A stretch of DNA of 64,000 nt from Candidatus Ozemobacteraceae bacterium (lineage in GTDB: Bacteria > Muiribacteriota > Ozemobacteria > Ozemobacterales > Ozemobacteraceae). The translations under genes and the position numbers were made by a program. Positions 37,932 through 45,099 of the stretch are shown here, piece by piece (position 1 is the first letter of the stretch; each line of letters starts with the position of its first letter). Location: positions 14,492-78,491 of the forward strand of contig DAOOQQ010000013.1 of the NCBI GenBank assembly GCA_035388825.1, given 5' to 3'. The notes beneath the pieces were generated by a model that did no database searches, was not told the DNA's origin, and saw nothing but the letters and a program-made list of their open reading frames with translations.

Positions 37932-39089
37932 TCAGAACAGCCGGCTGGCGATGCGCTGTTGTTTGAGCGACAGCCAGGCAAGCCAGCCGTGCCGGCGGCG
38001 GCAGAGCTCCTCGAGGCGATCCAGGAACTGGAGGGCGTAAGGCTTCCCGGGTGGGCTGCCGCGGCTCAGCTCGAGCAGGGGCAGATATGCCGACTGGCCG
38101 ATCGCATCGATGTGTTCGGCGATCTGGGCGAACTCTTCCCCGTTGCGGCCGGCCAGAAACTCGAGCCACAGAGGCAGACAGGCGGTATCCCGGATGCCGA
38201 GAACCGCTTTCCAGGCAATGTTCTGAACCTCGGGGCAGGGGTCGTGCGCCAGGTCCGTCAGCAGGCTCATCCGTTCCTGCACGTCGATGTGCTGCAGGAC
38301 GAATGCCGCGGAAGCGCGCATCCATCGGCTGGTGTGGCGCGCCATCTCCTGGAGCGCCGTCGTGAGCGCCCGCCGGTCGTGGGTTGACCAGAGCGCCTTG
38401 AGTACGTTCGCCCGCACGCGGTTGTCCTCGTCACCCATCAGCGGAAGCAGCATGCGCGTCGTCGTCGGCAGCCGCAGACGCTCGACCACTTCGACGGCAT
38501 TGGCCCGGACGCGGTTGTCGGGATCGCCCAGGGCGTTCGCGATCAGATCCGCCACGGGGTCGCCCGGCTGGGCCAGGCGGCCGATCGCCGTGAGAATCGA
38601 GGCTTTCAGGCGCGGATGCGTCTTGGGGGTGTATTTCGCGGTCAGGGACGGCAGGTTCGTCGTGTCGCCGAGCTTCCCGAGTGTTTCGGCCGCCAGGGCC
38701 GCCAGATCGGGGTTCTCGTGATCGAGCAGCGGAAGCACCCGGGAACCGGCCGCCGCGTCTTCCAGGTCGCCGAGGACCTTGAGGGTGTTGTACAGGACAT
38801 CCGGGTCGTTGCTGGCGAGGTTCGACGCGAAATCATCGATTTTCTGCGGGGTCTGCGGGAGATCCGGCATCAGCCGCCAGACGCGGATGTTTTCGCGTTC
38901 GAGGGTGCGGACCCACGATGCGCTGTTATACAGCGTGTACGCGTTGAACTCCCGCTCAGCTTTCTGCTGGGCGGTCTCGCGGTCGGTCGCCTCGATGGTG
39001 TACTCGATCTTGAACCGCTTGGCCGGGTTCGACGACTCGGTATACGGCAGGACGACCCGATAGATGTACTGCGTGCCGGGCTGGCTCAT
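37932..39089 (-). CDS. HEAT-repeat protein with a small unrecognised N-terminal domain
   Basis: HEAT repeats (DPDNRVRANAVEVV, DEDNRVRANVLKAL, DPCPEVQNIAWKAV). I preferred ATG 39089 over the GTG at 39311 because the 74-codon extension has many A/T third positions, unlike the rest of the gene. Confidence 0.65.
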   Translation of the reverse strand: MSQPGTQYIYRVVLPYTESSNPAKRFKIEYTIEATDRETAQQKAEREFNAYTLYNSASWVRTLERENIRVWRLMPDLPQTPQKIDDFASNLASNDPDVLYNTLKVLGDLEDAAAGSRVLPLLDHENPDLAALAAETLGKLGDTTNLPSLTAKYTPKTHPRLKASILTAIGRLAQPGDPVADLIANALGDPDNRVRANAVEVVERLRLPTTTRMLLPLMGDEDNRVRANVLKALWSTHDRRALTTALQEMARHTSRWMRASAAFVLQHIDVQERMSLLTDLAHDPCPEVQNIAWKAVLGIRDTACLPLWLEFLAGRNGEEFAQIAEHIDAIGQSAYLPLLELSRGSPPGKPYALQFLDRLEELCRRRHGWLAWLSLKQQRIASRLF

Positions 39090-39147
39090 GGTGATACCCC
39101 GATGGTAACACGCGGGGCCCTCCTCCACAAGGTTCGAAGAAACGGGT

Positions 39148-39176
39148 TTGACACCTTCGCGTTTGGCTGGTAAGCT
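39148..39176 (+). promoter_or_regulatory. sigma70-like promoter candidate (TTGACA - 17 nt - TAAGCT)
   Basis: The -35 is at 39148..39153 and the -10 at 39171..39176. This would give a leader of about 235 nt before the zinc-ribbon gene. Confidence 0.3.
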
Positions 39177-39417
39177 GGTAGACGTAATCGTTTTACTGGC
39201 GGCTTTCTGCCGAAATTCACCCGGGCCCGTAGGAGGGGCGCCCGAGCCGGCGAGACCGGCGGAAACGGTTACAGACGTCTCAGAAGGAGCCCTCGAGGTC
39301 TTTTGAGACACCTCCCGGAGAACCGCGGAGGATGGGTATTACCGGTTGATCCTGGTGGAGATACACGTCCCCAGGTTGACGATCCTCGGACCAATTCTTT
39401 AAGGAAGAAAAAGCCAA

Positions 39418-39711
39418 ATGGAAGACAAGACCATCAACTGCCGCAACTGCGGAAAACCCTTCACGTTCACCGTTTCTGAACAGCAGTTCTACAAAGAGAG
39501 AGGCTTTGAGCACGAGCCCGTGCGCTGCAAGGGTTGCCGCGACCAGCGCAAGACCACCCGTGGCGGCCCCTCTTCCGGCCCCGGCCCGAAGCAGATGCAC
39601 ACCGTGACGTGCTCCGAGTGCGGCCAGGAGACCCAGGTGCCGTTCAAGCCCACCGGTGAAAAGCCGGTCTACTGCCGCGACTGCTTCAACAAGCGTCGCT
39701 CGGGCTACTGA
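39418..39711 (+). CDS. zinc-ribbon protein with four CxxC pairs (97 aa)
   Basis: The four pairs are CRNCG, CKGCR, CSECG and CRDCF, arranged as two homologous halves. AAGGAAG RBS upstream. Confidence 0.75.
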   Translation: MEDKTINCRNCGKPFTFTVSEQQFYKERGFEHEPVRCKGCRDQRKTTRGGPSSGPGPKQMHTVTCSECGQETQVPFKPTGEKPVYCRDCFNKRRSGY

Positions 39712-39723
39712 TCAACGACCATA

Positions 39724-39760
39724 CCGCCGGCGTCGGGCCTCGTGCCCGGCGCCGGTTTTT
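39724..39760 (+). terminator. rho-independent terminator between convergent genes
   Basis: A GC-rich hairpin of about 12 bp (CCGCCGGCGTCGGGC ... GCCCGGCGCCGG) followed by T5. Confidence 0.6.
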
Positions 39761-40179
39761 CATTCCCCGGAAAGGGGCGGCGTTCCGGTGGCGTCCGTCG
39801 GCGCGGTTTCGGATGCCGCTGCCGAGGCGCGCTCCTCCTGGGCGGCCGCGAACTCGGCGGCCCGGGTCAGATCCTCTTGCAGCCGCAGGGCAACGCTGAT
39901 GTCCGGAAGTTCGTCCTCCCCGTCTTCGGCCGCCGGCTCCTCGACGTCCCGTTCGGCGTCGATCCGTTCGCAGATGCGATGGATCGCCCCGTCCCGGCTC
40001 TCGAACCGGTACCGCAGCGTGAAGCTGCCGCCGGGCTGGCGATAGGCCTGGTGCCGGTGAAACGCGGCGGAGTCCCCGGGCCTGGTCACCAGGGTGCGTT
40101 CGCGCGGCGGCTCCTGAGCAAATATTCTTGATGATATTATATATATAATGATAATAGCGACGGCGATGCGGAGCCTCAT
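39760..40179 (-). CDS. hypothetical exported protein (139 aa)
   Basis: Signal-like N-terminus MRLRIAVAIIIIYIISSRIFAQE encoded by very AT-rich codons. ATGA overlap with the upstream MBL gene. Confidence 0.55.
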   Translation of the reverse strand: MRLRIAVAIIIIYIISSRIFAQEPPRERTLVTRPGDSAAFHRHQAYRQPGGSFTLRYRFESRDGAIHRICERIDAERDVEEPAAEDGEDELPDISVALRLQEDLTRAAEFAAAQEERASAAASETAPTDATGTPPLSGE

Positions 40180-41081
40180 ACGGTGCGCTTCCCCGGTTTC
40201 CCCGTCGCGAACCAGACGGGCAGATTGTCCATGATGCGGTAATCGGCCTCCCCGTTGCGCTTCAGAGCCGAGAGATATCCCGAAAGCGTGGCCCGGTACA
40301 GGAAGTGCTCCCAGCCCGTTTTTTTCAGCTCGAAGCTGCCGAAAAACTGCTTCGCGAGCCGGTCATACGGCTGCGGAACTTCGAGGAGTCGTTTCAGCAG
40401 AGCGAAAGCCGAACGAACGGCCGCCGTGTTCTCGACCAGAAGCAGTTCGATCCGGCTTTCCGGCGGGAAATGGCCGCCTACGTAGGTGGTTGCCCGGATC
40501 TCATGCAGCCGCTCGAGCGTCTCGAGATGGGCCAGGGGATCGTAGAGAAACGGCAGTCGGTGCTTCCGGAGGGTGTGCAGCGGAAACAGCGTATCCGCCA
40601 GGAAGGCGACGCCGTCGACGAGGAACCCGAGCTGGCCGATCGAGTGGCCGCCGAGAGGCAGGACCTCGATCTCCACCCCGTCGAGGTCGAGATTCCCGGC
40701 TTCGATCGTGTCGGCTTTCGACGGCTCGGCCATCACCAGCGGGTTCATCAGCTCATCGGGCGGCGCTCCGCCATACAGGGCGATCGCCTGCATGAGCGGA
40801 TGCGCGGCGGCGGCGGCTTCGGGGGCGCTGGCCAGGATCCGGCACTGGGTGGCGGCCTGGATGAACGCGTTTCCGCCGCAGTGGTCGGCATGCGCGTGGG
40901 TGTTCAGGATCACGGACGGCTGCAGCCGGTAGGCATTCAGCAGCTCGAGCACCCGTCGGGCCATCCGACGATCGAGGCCGGAGTCAATGAGCGCGACCCG
41001 GTCGCCGTCGAGCATGATCACGCCGATGTTCGCCGGTCCCGGGATCAGCCGGGTGCGTTCCGAGAGAACCTGCAGTTCCAT
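40176..41081 (-). CDS. MBL-fold metallo-hydrolase
   Basis: Motif HAHADHCGG (HxHxDH), with downstream His/Asp ligand positions. Confidence 0.85.
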   Translation of the reverse strand: MELQVLSERTRLIPGPANIGVIMLDGDRVALIDSGLDRRMARRVLELLNAYRLQPSVILNTHAHADHCGGNAFIQAATQCRILASAPEAAAAAHPLMQAIALYGGAPPDELMNPLVMAEPSKADTIEAGNLDLDGVEIEVLPLGGHSIGQLGFLVDGVAFLADTLFPLHTLRKHRLPFLYDPLAHLETLERLHEIRATTYVGGHFPPESRIELLLVENTAAVRSAFALLKRLLEVPQPYDRLAKQFFGSFELKKTGWEHFLYRATLSGYLSALKRNGEADYRIMDNLPVWFATGKPGKRTV

Positions 41082-41093
41082 CAGGCTGGTCCG

Positions 41094-41585
41094 TCAACGG
41101 GGTGCGGCTGAACCGCGCGATTCCGGCGTGGCCGAACCCCCCGAACAGTCCGTCTGGGCGTCGCCGATCACCACGATGCCGGTGTGGCAGCCGGTGGACA
41201 TCTCGATCGTGCAGTCCGGTGTTCCCGTGAACGGAATGGGTGGGGCGATCACCTCGATGTAGAAGGGGTTGTCGCGATAGGGCGAGAACTGGGCGCGGTA
41301 GATCCAGGCGCTGACCGGCTCCTGCCCCGCGACCGTCAGGCGGGTGCGCACGAACTGAAACGTCTCGCCGCCTTTCACGATCCGGAAGGCGGGATGCCAG
41401 GGAAGCGGCCGGGTCGTGAAATCTGGTGTGATCACGACGAGGGGTTGTTCGAGGAGAATGTTGATCGTGCCGGGCCGACAGGCGGCGACCTCGGGAAAAC
41501 ACTCCCGGAAAAACGGCAGTTGCTCGCGAACCGTGTTCTGGCCTTCCCCCGTTCCCTTCTGGATCTTCCCCTTGATGGCAGGCAT
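41094..41585 (-). CDS. hypothetical protein (163 aa), possibly a CTP-dependent riboflavin-kinase-like (DUF120-type) beta-barrel
   Basis: I chose the internal ATG at 41585. The block KGKIQKGTGEGQ...PGTINILL...YIEVIAP is reminiscent of archaeal-type riboflavin kinase motifs (G-x-G, GTLN, EIIAP). This rests on recollection only. Confidence 0.45.
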   Translation of the reverse strand: MPAIKGKIQKGTGEGQNTVREQLPFFRECFPEVAACRPGTINILLEQPLVVITPDFTTRPLPWHPAFRIVKGGETFQFVRTRLTVAGQEPVSAWIYRAQFSPYRDNPFYIEVIAPPIPFTGTPDCTIEMSTGCHTGIVVIGDAQTDCSGGSATPESRGSAAPR

Positions 41586-41792
41586 GTGGTGCTCCTCTCC
41601 TGCGGTCGGCTTCCGATCGCGGGCGTTTCCTTCAGGATAAGCCAAAACCCCCGCCGCAACAACCCGCCGGATTTCTCTTCCCAAGGCTGGCCAGGCACTT
41701 CGCAAGGCGTCCATCGATGAACAGGTTGGCCAGCCGGGCGGGATATGATATCTTACTGCCTCTTCGATATCCCCCACAGGAGCAGAACGACG

Positions 41793-42029
41793 ATGGTTGA
41801 CGAACAAAAGGCCAACGCTCTTCCGGAAGAAGCGAACCGCAAGCGCAAGATGACGAAACGGGAGCGCGACCTCGAAATCGAGGCGATGAAATCCCGCATG
41901 TCGCCCGACGAACTGGCCAACGCCCACAAAAAGTTCATGATGATCATGATCGGCCTGTTCGTTCTCGTGCTCGTACTGATGCTGGCCTTCAATCAGCACG
42001 TCGATTTCATGTCAGACGGCGGAATGTAA
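41793..42029 (+). CDS. small membrane protein (78 aa), hypothetical
   Basis: AGGAG RBS 10 nt upstream of the ATG at 41793. A charged N-terminal half followed by one TM helix (FMMIMIGLFVLVLVLMLAF). Confidence 0.4.
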   Translation: MVDEQKANALPEEANRKRKMTKRERDLEIEAMKSRMSPDELANAHKKFMMIMIGLFVLVLVLMLAFNQHVDFMSDGGM

Positions 42030-42053
42030 CCCGCCCCGCGAAGGAGAAACAGC

Positions 42054-42788
42054 ATGCCCCGCCACGATCAGCGTCGTCCCGACCAGTTGCGCCCGGTTTC
42101 GATCGAACCCGGCTTCGTGAAATACCCGCATGGCTCGGCCCTCATCACCTGCGGTGACACCAAGGTCATCTGCACCGTCACGGTCGAAGAGAAAGTGCCC
42201 TCGTTCGTCGAATCCCGCGGGAAACCCCAGGGCTGGATCACCGCCGAATACGCGCTGATGCCCGGTTGTGGCCTCTCCCGCAACGCCCGCGCCGGCTATG
42301 GGACGACCACCGTCAAAGGCCGCGTCCATGAAATTCAGCGGCTGATCGGAAGAGCTCTCCGGGCCGCTCTCGACCTCGAAAAGCTCGGCCCCCGCACCCT
42401 CCAGATCGACTGTGATGTGCTCCAGGCCGACGGCGGCACCCGCACCGCCTCCGTGACCGGCGCGATGGTCGCCCTCGAGATGGCCGTGAAGAAGCTGATG
42501 GCCGAGGGAAAGGTCACCGAAAACCCGATCGTGAACCGGCTTGCGGCCGTCAGCGTCGGCATTTTCCAGAATGAAGCCTTGCTCGATCTCGATTATTTCG
42601 AGGATTCCCGTGCCGAGACCGACCTGAACCTCGTCATGACGAGAGCCGGGGGGTATATCGAAGTGCAGGGAACCGCCGAACACGGTGTGTTCGACCGTGC
42701 GCAGCTCGATGCCATGCTCAAACTCGGGGAACAGGGGATCCGGGATCTCTTCGCAGCCCAGGATGAGGCGATCCGGCGTTTCCCATGA
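42054..42788 (+). CDS. rph: ribonuclease PH
   Basis: Motifs RRPDQLRPV...PHGSALITCGDTKVICT and DCDVLQADGGTRTASVTGA. AAGGAG RBS upstream. Confidence 0.95.
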   Translation: MPRHDQRRPDQLRPVSIEPGFVKYPHGSALITCGDTKVICTVTVEEKVPSFVESRGKPQGWITAEYALMPGCGLSRNARAGYGTTTVKGRVHEIQRLIGRALRAALDLEKLGPRTLQIDCDVLQADGGTRTASVTGAMVALEMAVKKLMAEGKVTENPIVNRLAAVSVGIFQNEALLDLDYFEDSRAETDLNLVMTRAGGYIEVQGTAEHGVFDRAQLDAMLKLGEQGIRDLFAAQDEAIRRFP

Positions 42789-43369
42789 AACTCTGGATCG
42801 CGACGGGAAACCGTCACAAGCTTCAGGAGATCGGCGCGATTCTCGGCGACTCCGTGAGCCTCCGGTGTCAGCTCGACCTGCCTGGTATGGCCGATGTCGA
42901 CGAAACAGGCGCCACCTACCGCGAAAATGCCGAAATCAAGGCTCGCGCGCTCTGGGAGCGTGTTCGGGAACCCGTGTTTGCCGATGATTCGGGCCTGGAG
43001 GTCGATGCCCTGGGCGGCCGCCCGGGAATCCACTCCCAGCGCTATTCTGCGCCGAATCCGACGCATGAGAAGAATATCGACAAGCTGTTGAACGAGCTGG
43101 CCGACCTGCCGCCGGACAAGCGGTCCGCACGCTTCCGCTGCGTGATCTGCTTCATCGACGATGCCGGGGTGTCGCGGTTTTTCGAAGGCACCCTGGAAGG
43201 CCGGATCGGATTCGAACGCCGCGGGAAGGGGGGCTTCGGCTTCGACCCGGTGTTCATGCTGCCGGAGCGTGGTTGTAGCGTCGCCGAGCTGGCCGAGGAG
43301 GAAAAAAACCGGATCAGCCATCGGGGCCGTGCCGTCATAGAGTTGAAGAGGTTCCTCCAGCTTCCCTGA
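42785..43369 (+). CDS. rdgB: non-canonical purine NTP pyrophosphatase (RdgB/HAM1)
   Basis: Motifs IATGNRHKLQEI, EN(A)xxKA, GFGFDPVF and SHRGRA. ATGA overlap with rph. Confidence 0.9.
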   Translation: MKLWIATGNRHKLQEIGAILGDSVSLRCQLDLPGMADVDETGATYRENAEIKARALWERVREPVFADDSGLEVDALGGRPGIHSQRYSAPNPTHEKNIDKLLNELADLPPDKRSARFRCVICFIDDAGVSRFFEGTLEGRIGFERRGKGGFGFDPVFMLPERGCSVAELAEEEKNRISHRGRAVIELKRFLQLP

Positions 43370-43387
43370 AGCCGTTTTGGGCCCACG

Positions 43388-43428
43388 AACGGGGCGCCAC
43401 GCACATCTTGCGCGGCGCCCCGTTTTTT
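43388..43428 (+). terminator. rho-independent terminator of the rph-rdgB operon
   Basis: AACGGGGCGCC ... GGCGCCCCGTT hairpin (11 bp) followed by a T6 run. Confidence 0.8.
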
Positions 43429-43638
43429 CGCCGTTTTTCTGCGATCAGCTTCATTGCGTTTCCTCGAGGACCTCTTCGCCATCGAACAACTCGCATCCCA
43501 GGAAATTTGGATGCTTCGAGTTCCCCCCTCACATACGCTTTCCCAGGGAGGTGATTCGCTTTCATTCTCATCCCTCGCGGATTTCCGACATCCGCGAACG
43601 GAAGCGGGCAACACAAAATAATCAAATAAATGATTGTT

Positions 43639-43693
43639 ATAATATGATAATGGTATGATGATATTGAATAATGATAAATAATAATATGATAAT
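43639..43693. repeat. 13-bp perfect direct repeat ATAATATGATAAT x2 (43639..43651 and 43681..43693) plus a degenerate copy at 43667..43679, inside an extreme AT island of about 130 nt
   Basis: Read directly from the sequence. The repeat starts are 42 bp apart. The surrounding DNA at 43610..43740 is almost entirely A/T in an otherwise GC-rich window. Confidence 0.85.
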
Positions 43694-43869
43694 AATAGTG
43701 ATTTTGAGATATAAAAGGTCATATTATCAGGATACTATTTGTTTTGTGGAGGGAAAGGAGGGGATCGTAGAAGAGGGTGGAAGAGTCACCAGATCACGAA
43801 AGCGTCGCTATCAGAAGCCGCTGTTGTCTGGAATTTCCGAAAAACCGGAGGGGATGTTGGGAAACGCGA

Positions 43870-44871
43870 TCAGGCGAGGTCGATGATGTTCGTTGCCTGA
43901 TGCCGACCTGCTGTCTCCAGAAGGCCGGGATGGCCGTCCAGGACGTGGCAGGGGGAGCCGGTCGGAGTGGCGGGCCGCCGGAGATCCTTGAAAAAGGGGG
44001 ATCGCACGGCTTCCTCCAGCGAGTGGTTCGGATAACGGTGGAGGCTCCAGGGGATATGGGGACAGGGGAGGATCCACCCGTCAGCCGACACGGCGATCAC
44101 CCGACCGCCGGCAGCGCAGGGAGCCGGTTCGAGGCAGGGCGAAAGAAGTTCGATCCCTGCCTGCCTGTCCGATCCCTTGCAGAGGCGGGTCAGTTGCTCC
44201 CGATCGCTGGCCGAGAGAGGGGTGAGCGGCCCGGATGATGGGTCGAAGGGAAGAAGCGGAGAAAAGACGGCGAAGGAGCAGCCCTGGGAAGCAAGAAAGG
44301 CAGGGAAAGCCGGCGAGGTCGTTTCCAGGAGATTTTCCCGGTAGACGCGCACCGAGGCCCCGAAGGGAATGCCGGAAGCTTTGAGAAGCGTTGCGGCCGA
44401 AAGAAACGCCGTCGACGAGTCGGGGCTTCTGAACCTTGCCGAAGCCTCGGGGCCATCCGTGCTGAGCAACACCAGGATGTGGGGAAACGGTTCGAGGGAT
44501 GCGACGATTTCGCGGGTCAGCAGAAGGCCGTTCGTGACGAACGAAAAGCTGATCTGGGGAAACCGCTCGAGGGCGGAACGGATCGATGCGAGTTCCAGAA
44601 GCGGCTCGCCGCCCGTGAACGAGATCCGGGGGATGCCGAGGGCCGCCGCTTCCGCGACGAGGCGGAGAAGGGTTTCCCTGGGCATGCGGCGTTCCGGCCG
44701 GTCTGCTTTAATGCAGGAGCAGCCGTGACACCGGAGATTGCAGGCCGACGTCAGCTCGATGATCAGGCCGGGCGGGATCGGTATCGCCGAGAAGCCTGCC
44801 CGCAGGCGGCGCAATGCCAGTCGCGCGGCCAGTCGCACCAGGAAAAGGTGCCTGGCGAACCGGGATGGCAT
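43870..44871 (-). CDS. radical SAM protein with C-terminal SPASM/twitch-like Cys cluster
   Basis: Motif LTSACNLRCHGCSC (CxxxCxxC) and a C-terminal block CLEPAPCAAGG..VIAVSADGWILPCPH...SPC. Confidence 0.8.
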   Translation of the reverse strand: MPSRFARHLFLVRLAARLALRRLRAGFSAIPIPPGLIIELTSACNLRCHGCSCIKADRPERRMPRETLLRLVAEAAALGIPRISFTGGEPLLELASIRSALERFPQISFSFVTNGLLLTREIVASLEPFPHILVLLSTDGPEASARFRSPDSSTAFLSAATLLKASGIPFGASVRVYRENLLETTSPAFPAFLASQGCSFAVFSPLLPFDPSSGPLTPLSASDREQLTRLCKGSDRQAGIELLSPCLEPAPCAAGGRVIAVSADGWILPCPHIPWSLHRYPNHSLEEAVRSPFFKDLRRPATPTGSPCHVLDGHPGLLETAGRHQATNIIDLA

Positions 44872-44874
44872 CGC

Positions 44875-45099
44875 TCAGGGAGCCGTGCCGGAGGCTTGAA
44901 TGGGCGCGGAGGCCGCGGCCGGGGCATGGATCGACGGAGTGGCCGAAGCCGTCGGCGCGGGGCTGGAGGGCGTCAACCCGTACGTCACCAGCACGTGAAC
45001 GACGATGCCGAACGCGGCGACGAAGCAGAACAGCAGAAACGCCGAGCCGGTTCCCACACCTGGGGGTGTGGGGGTGATGCAATGCCCGCGACGGTTCAT
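44875..45099 (-). CDS. 74-aa single-pass membrane peptide with Pro/Ala/Ser/Thr-rich tail (hypothetical)
   Basis: The ATG at 45099 overlaps the PilZ-gene stop (ATGA), and the stop lies 3 nt before the radical SAM start. Third-codon positions are strongly G/C, as in real genes here. TM helix GSAFLLFCFVAAFGIVVHVLVTYG. Confidence 0.55.
   Translation of the reverse strand: MNRRGHCITPTPPGVGTGSAFLLFCFVAAFGIVVHVLVTYGLTPSSPAPTASATPSIHAPAAASAPIQASGTAP

Noticed and set aside
43639-43693. GATAAT-rich repeats, and the palindromes at 34238 and 34706, as Fur/PerR/Zur boxes.
   Set aside because: They contain GATAAT hexamers, but none matches the 7-1-7 TGATAATnATTATCA or the 19-bp Fur consensus. The spacing is 6-0-6 or 6-1-6. 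No iron, zinc or peroxide gene is adjacent. I kept this only as a possibility inside the findings.
43610-43740. The AT island as a chromosomal replication origin (DUE plus DnaA boxes).
   Set aside because: I found no cluster of TTATCCACA/TGTGGATAA-like boxes; there is only one TGTGGA at about 43746. No dnaA or dnaN gene is nearby, so I left this as an unexplained AT island.
43671-43886. A 71-aa ORF (MINNNMIIIVILRYK...) and other ORFs crossing the AT island (43042..43722, 43377..43658).
   Set aside because: Their composition simply mirrors the AT-rich DNA (Ile/Asn/Lys runs). They have no RBS and read through a terminator or a neighbouring gene end.
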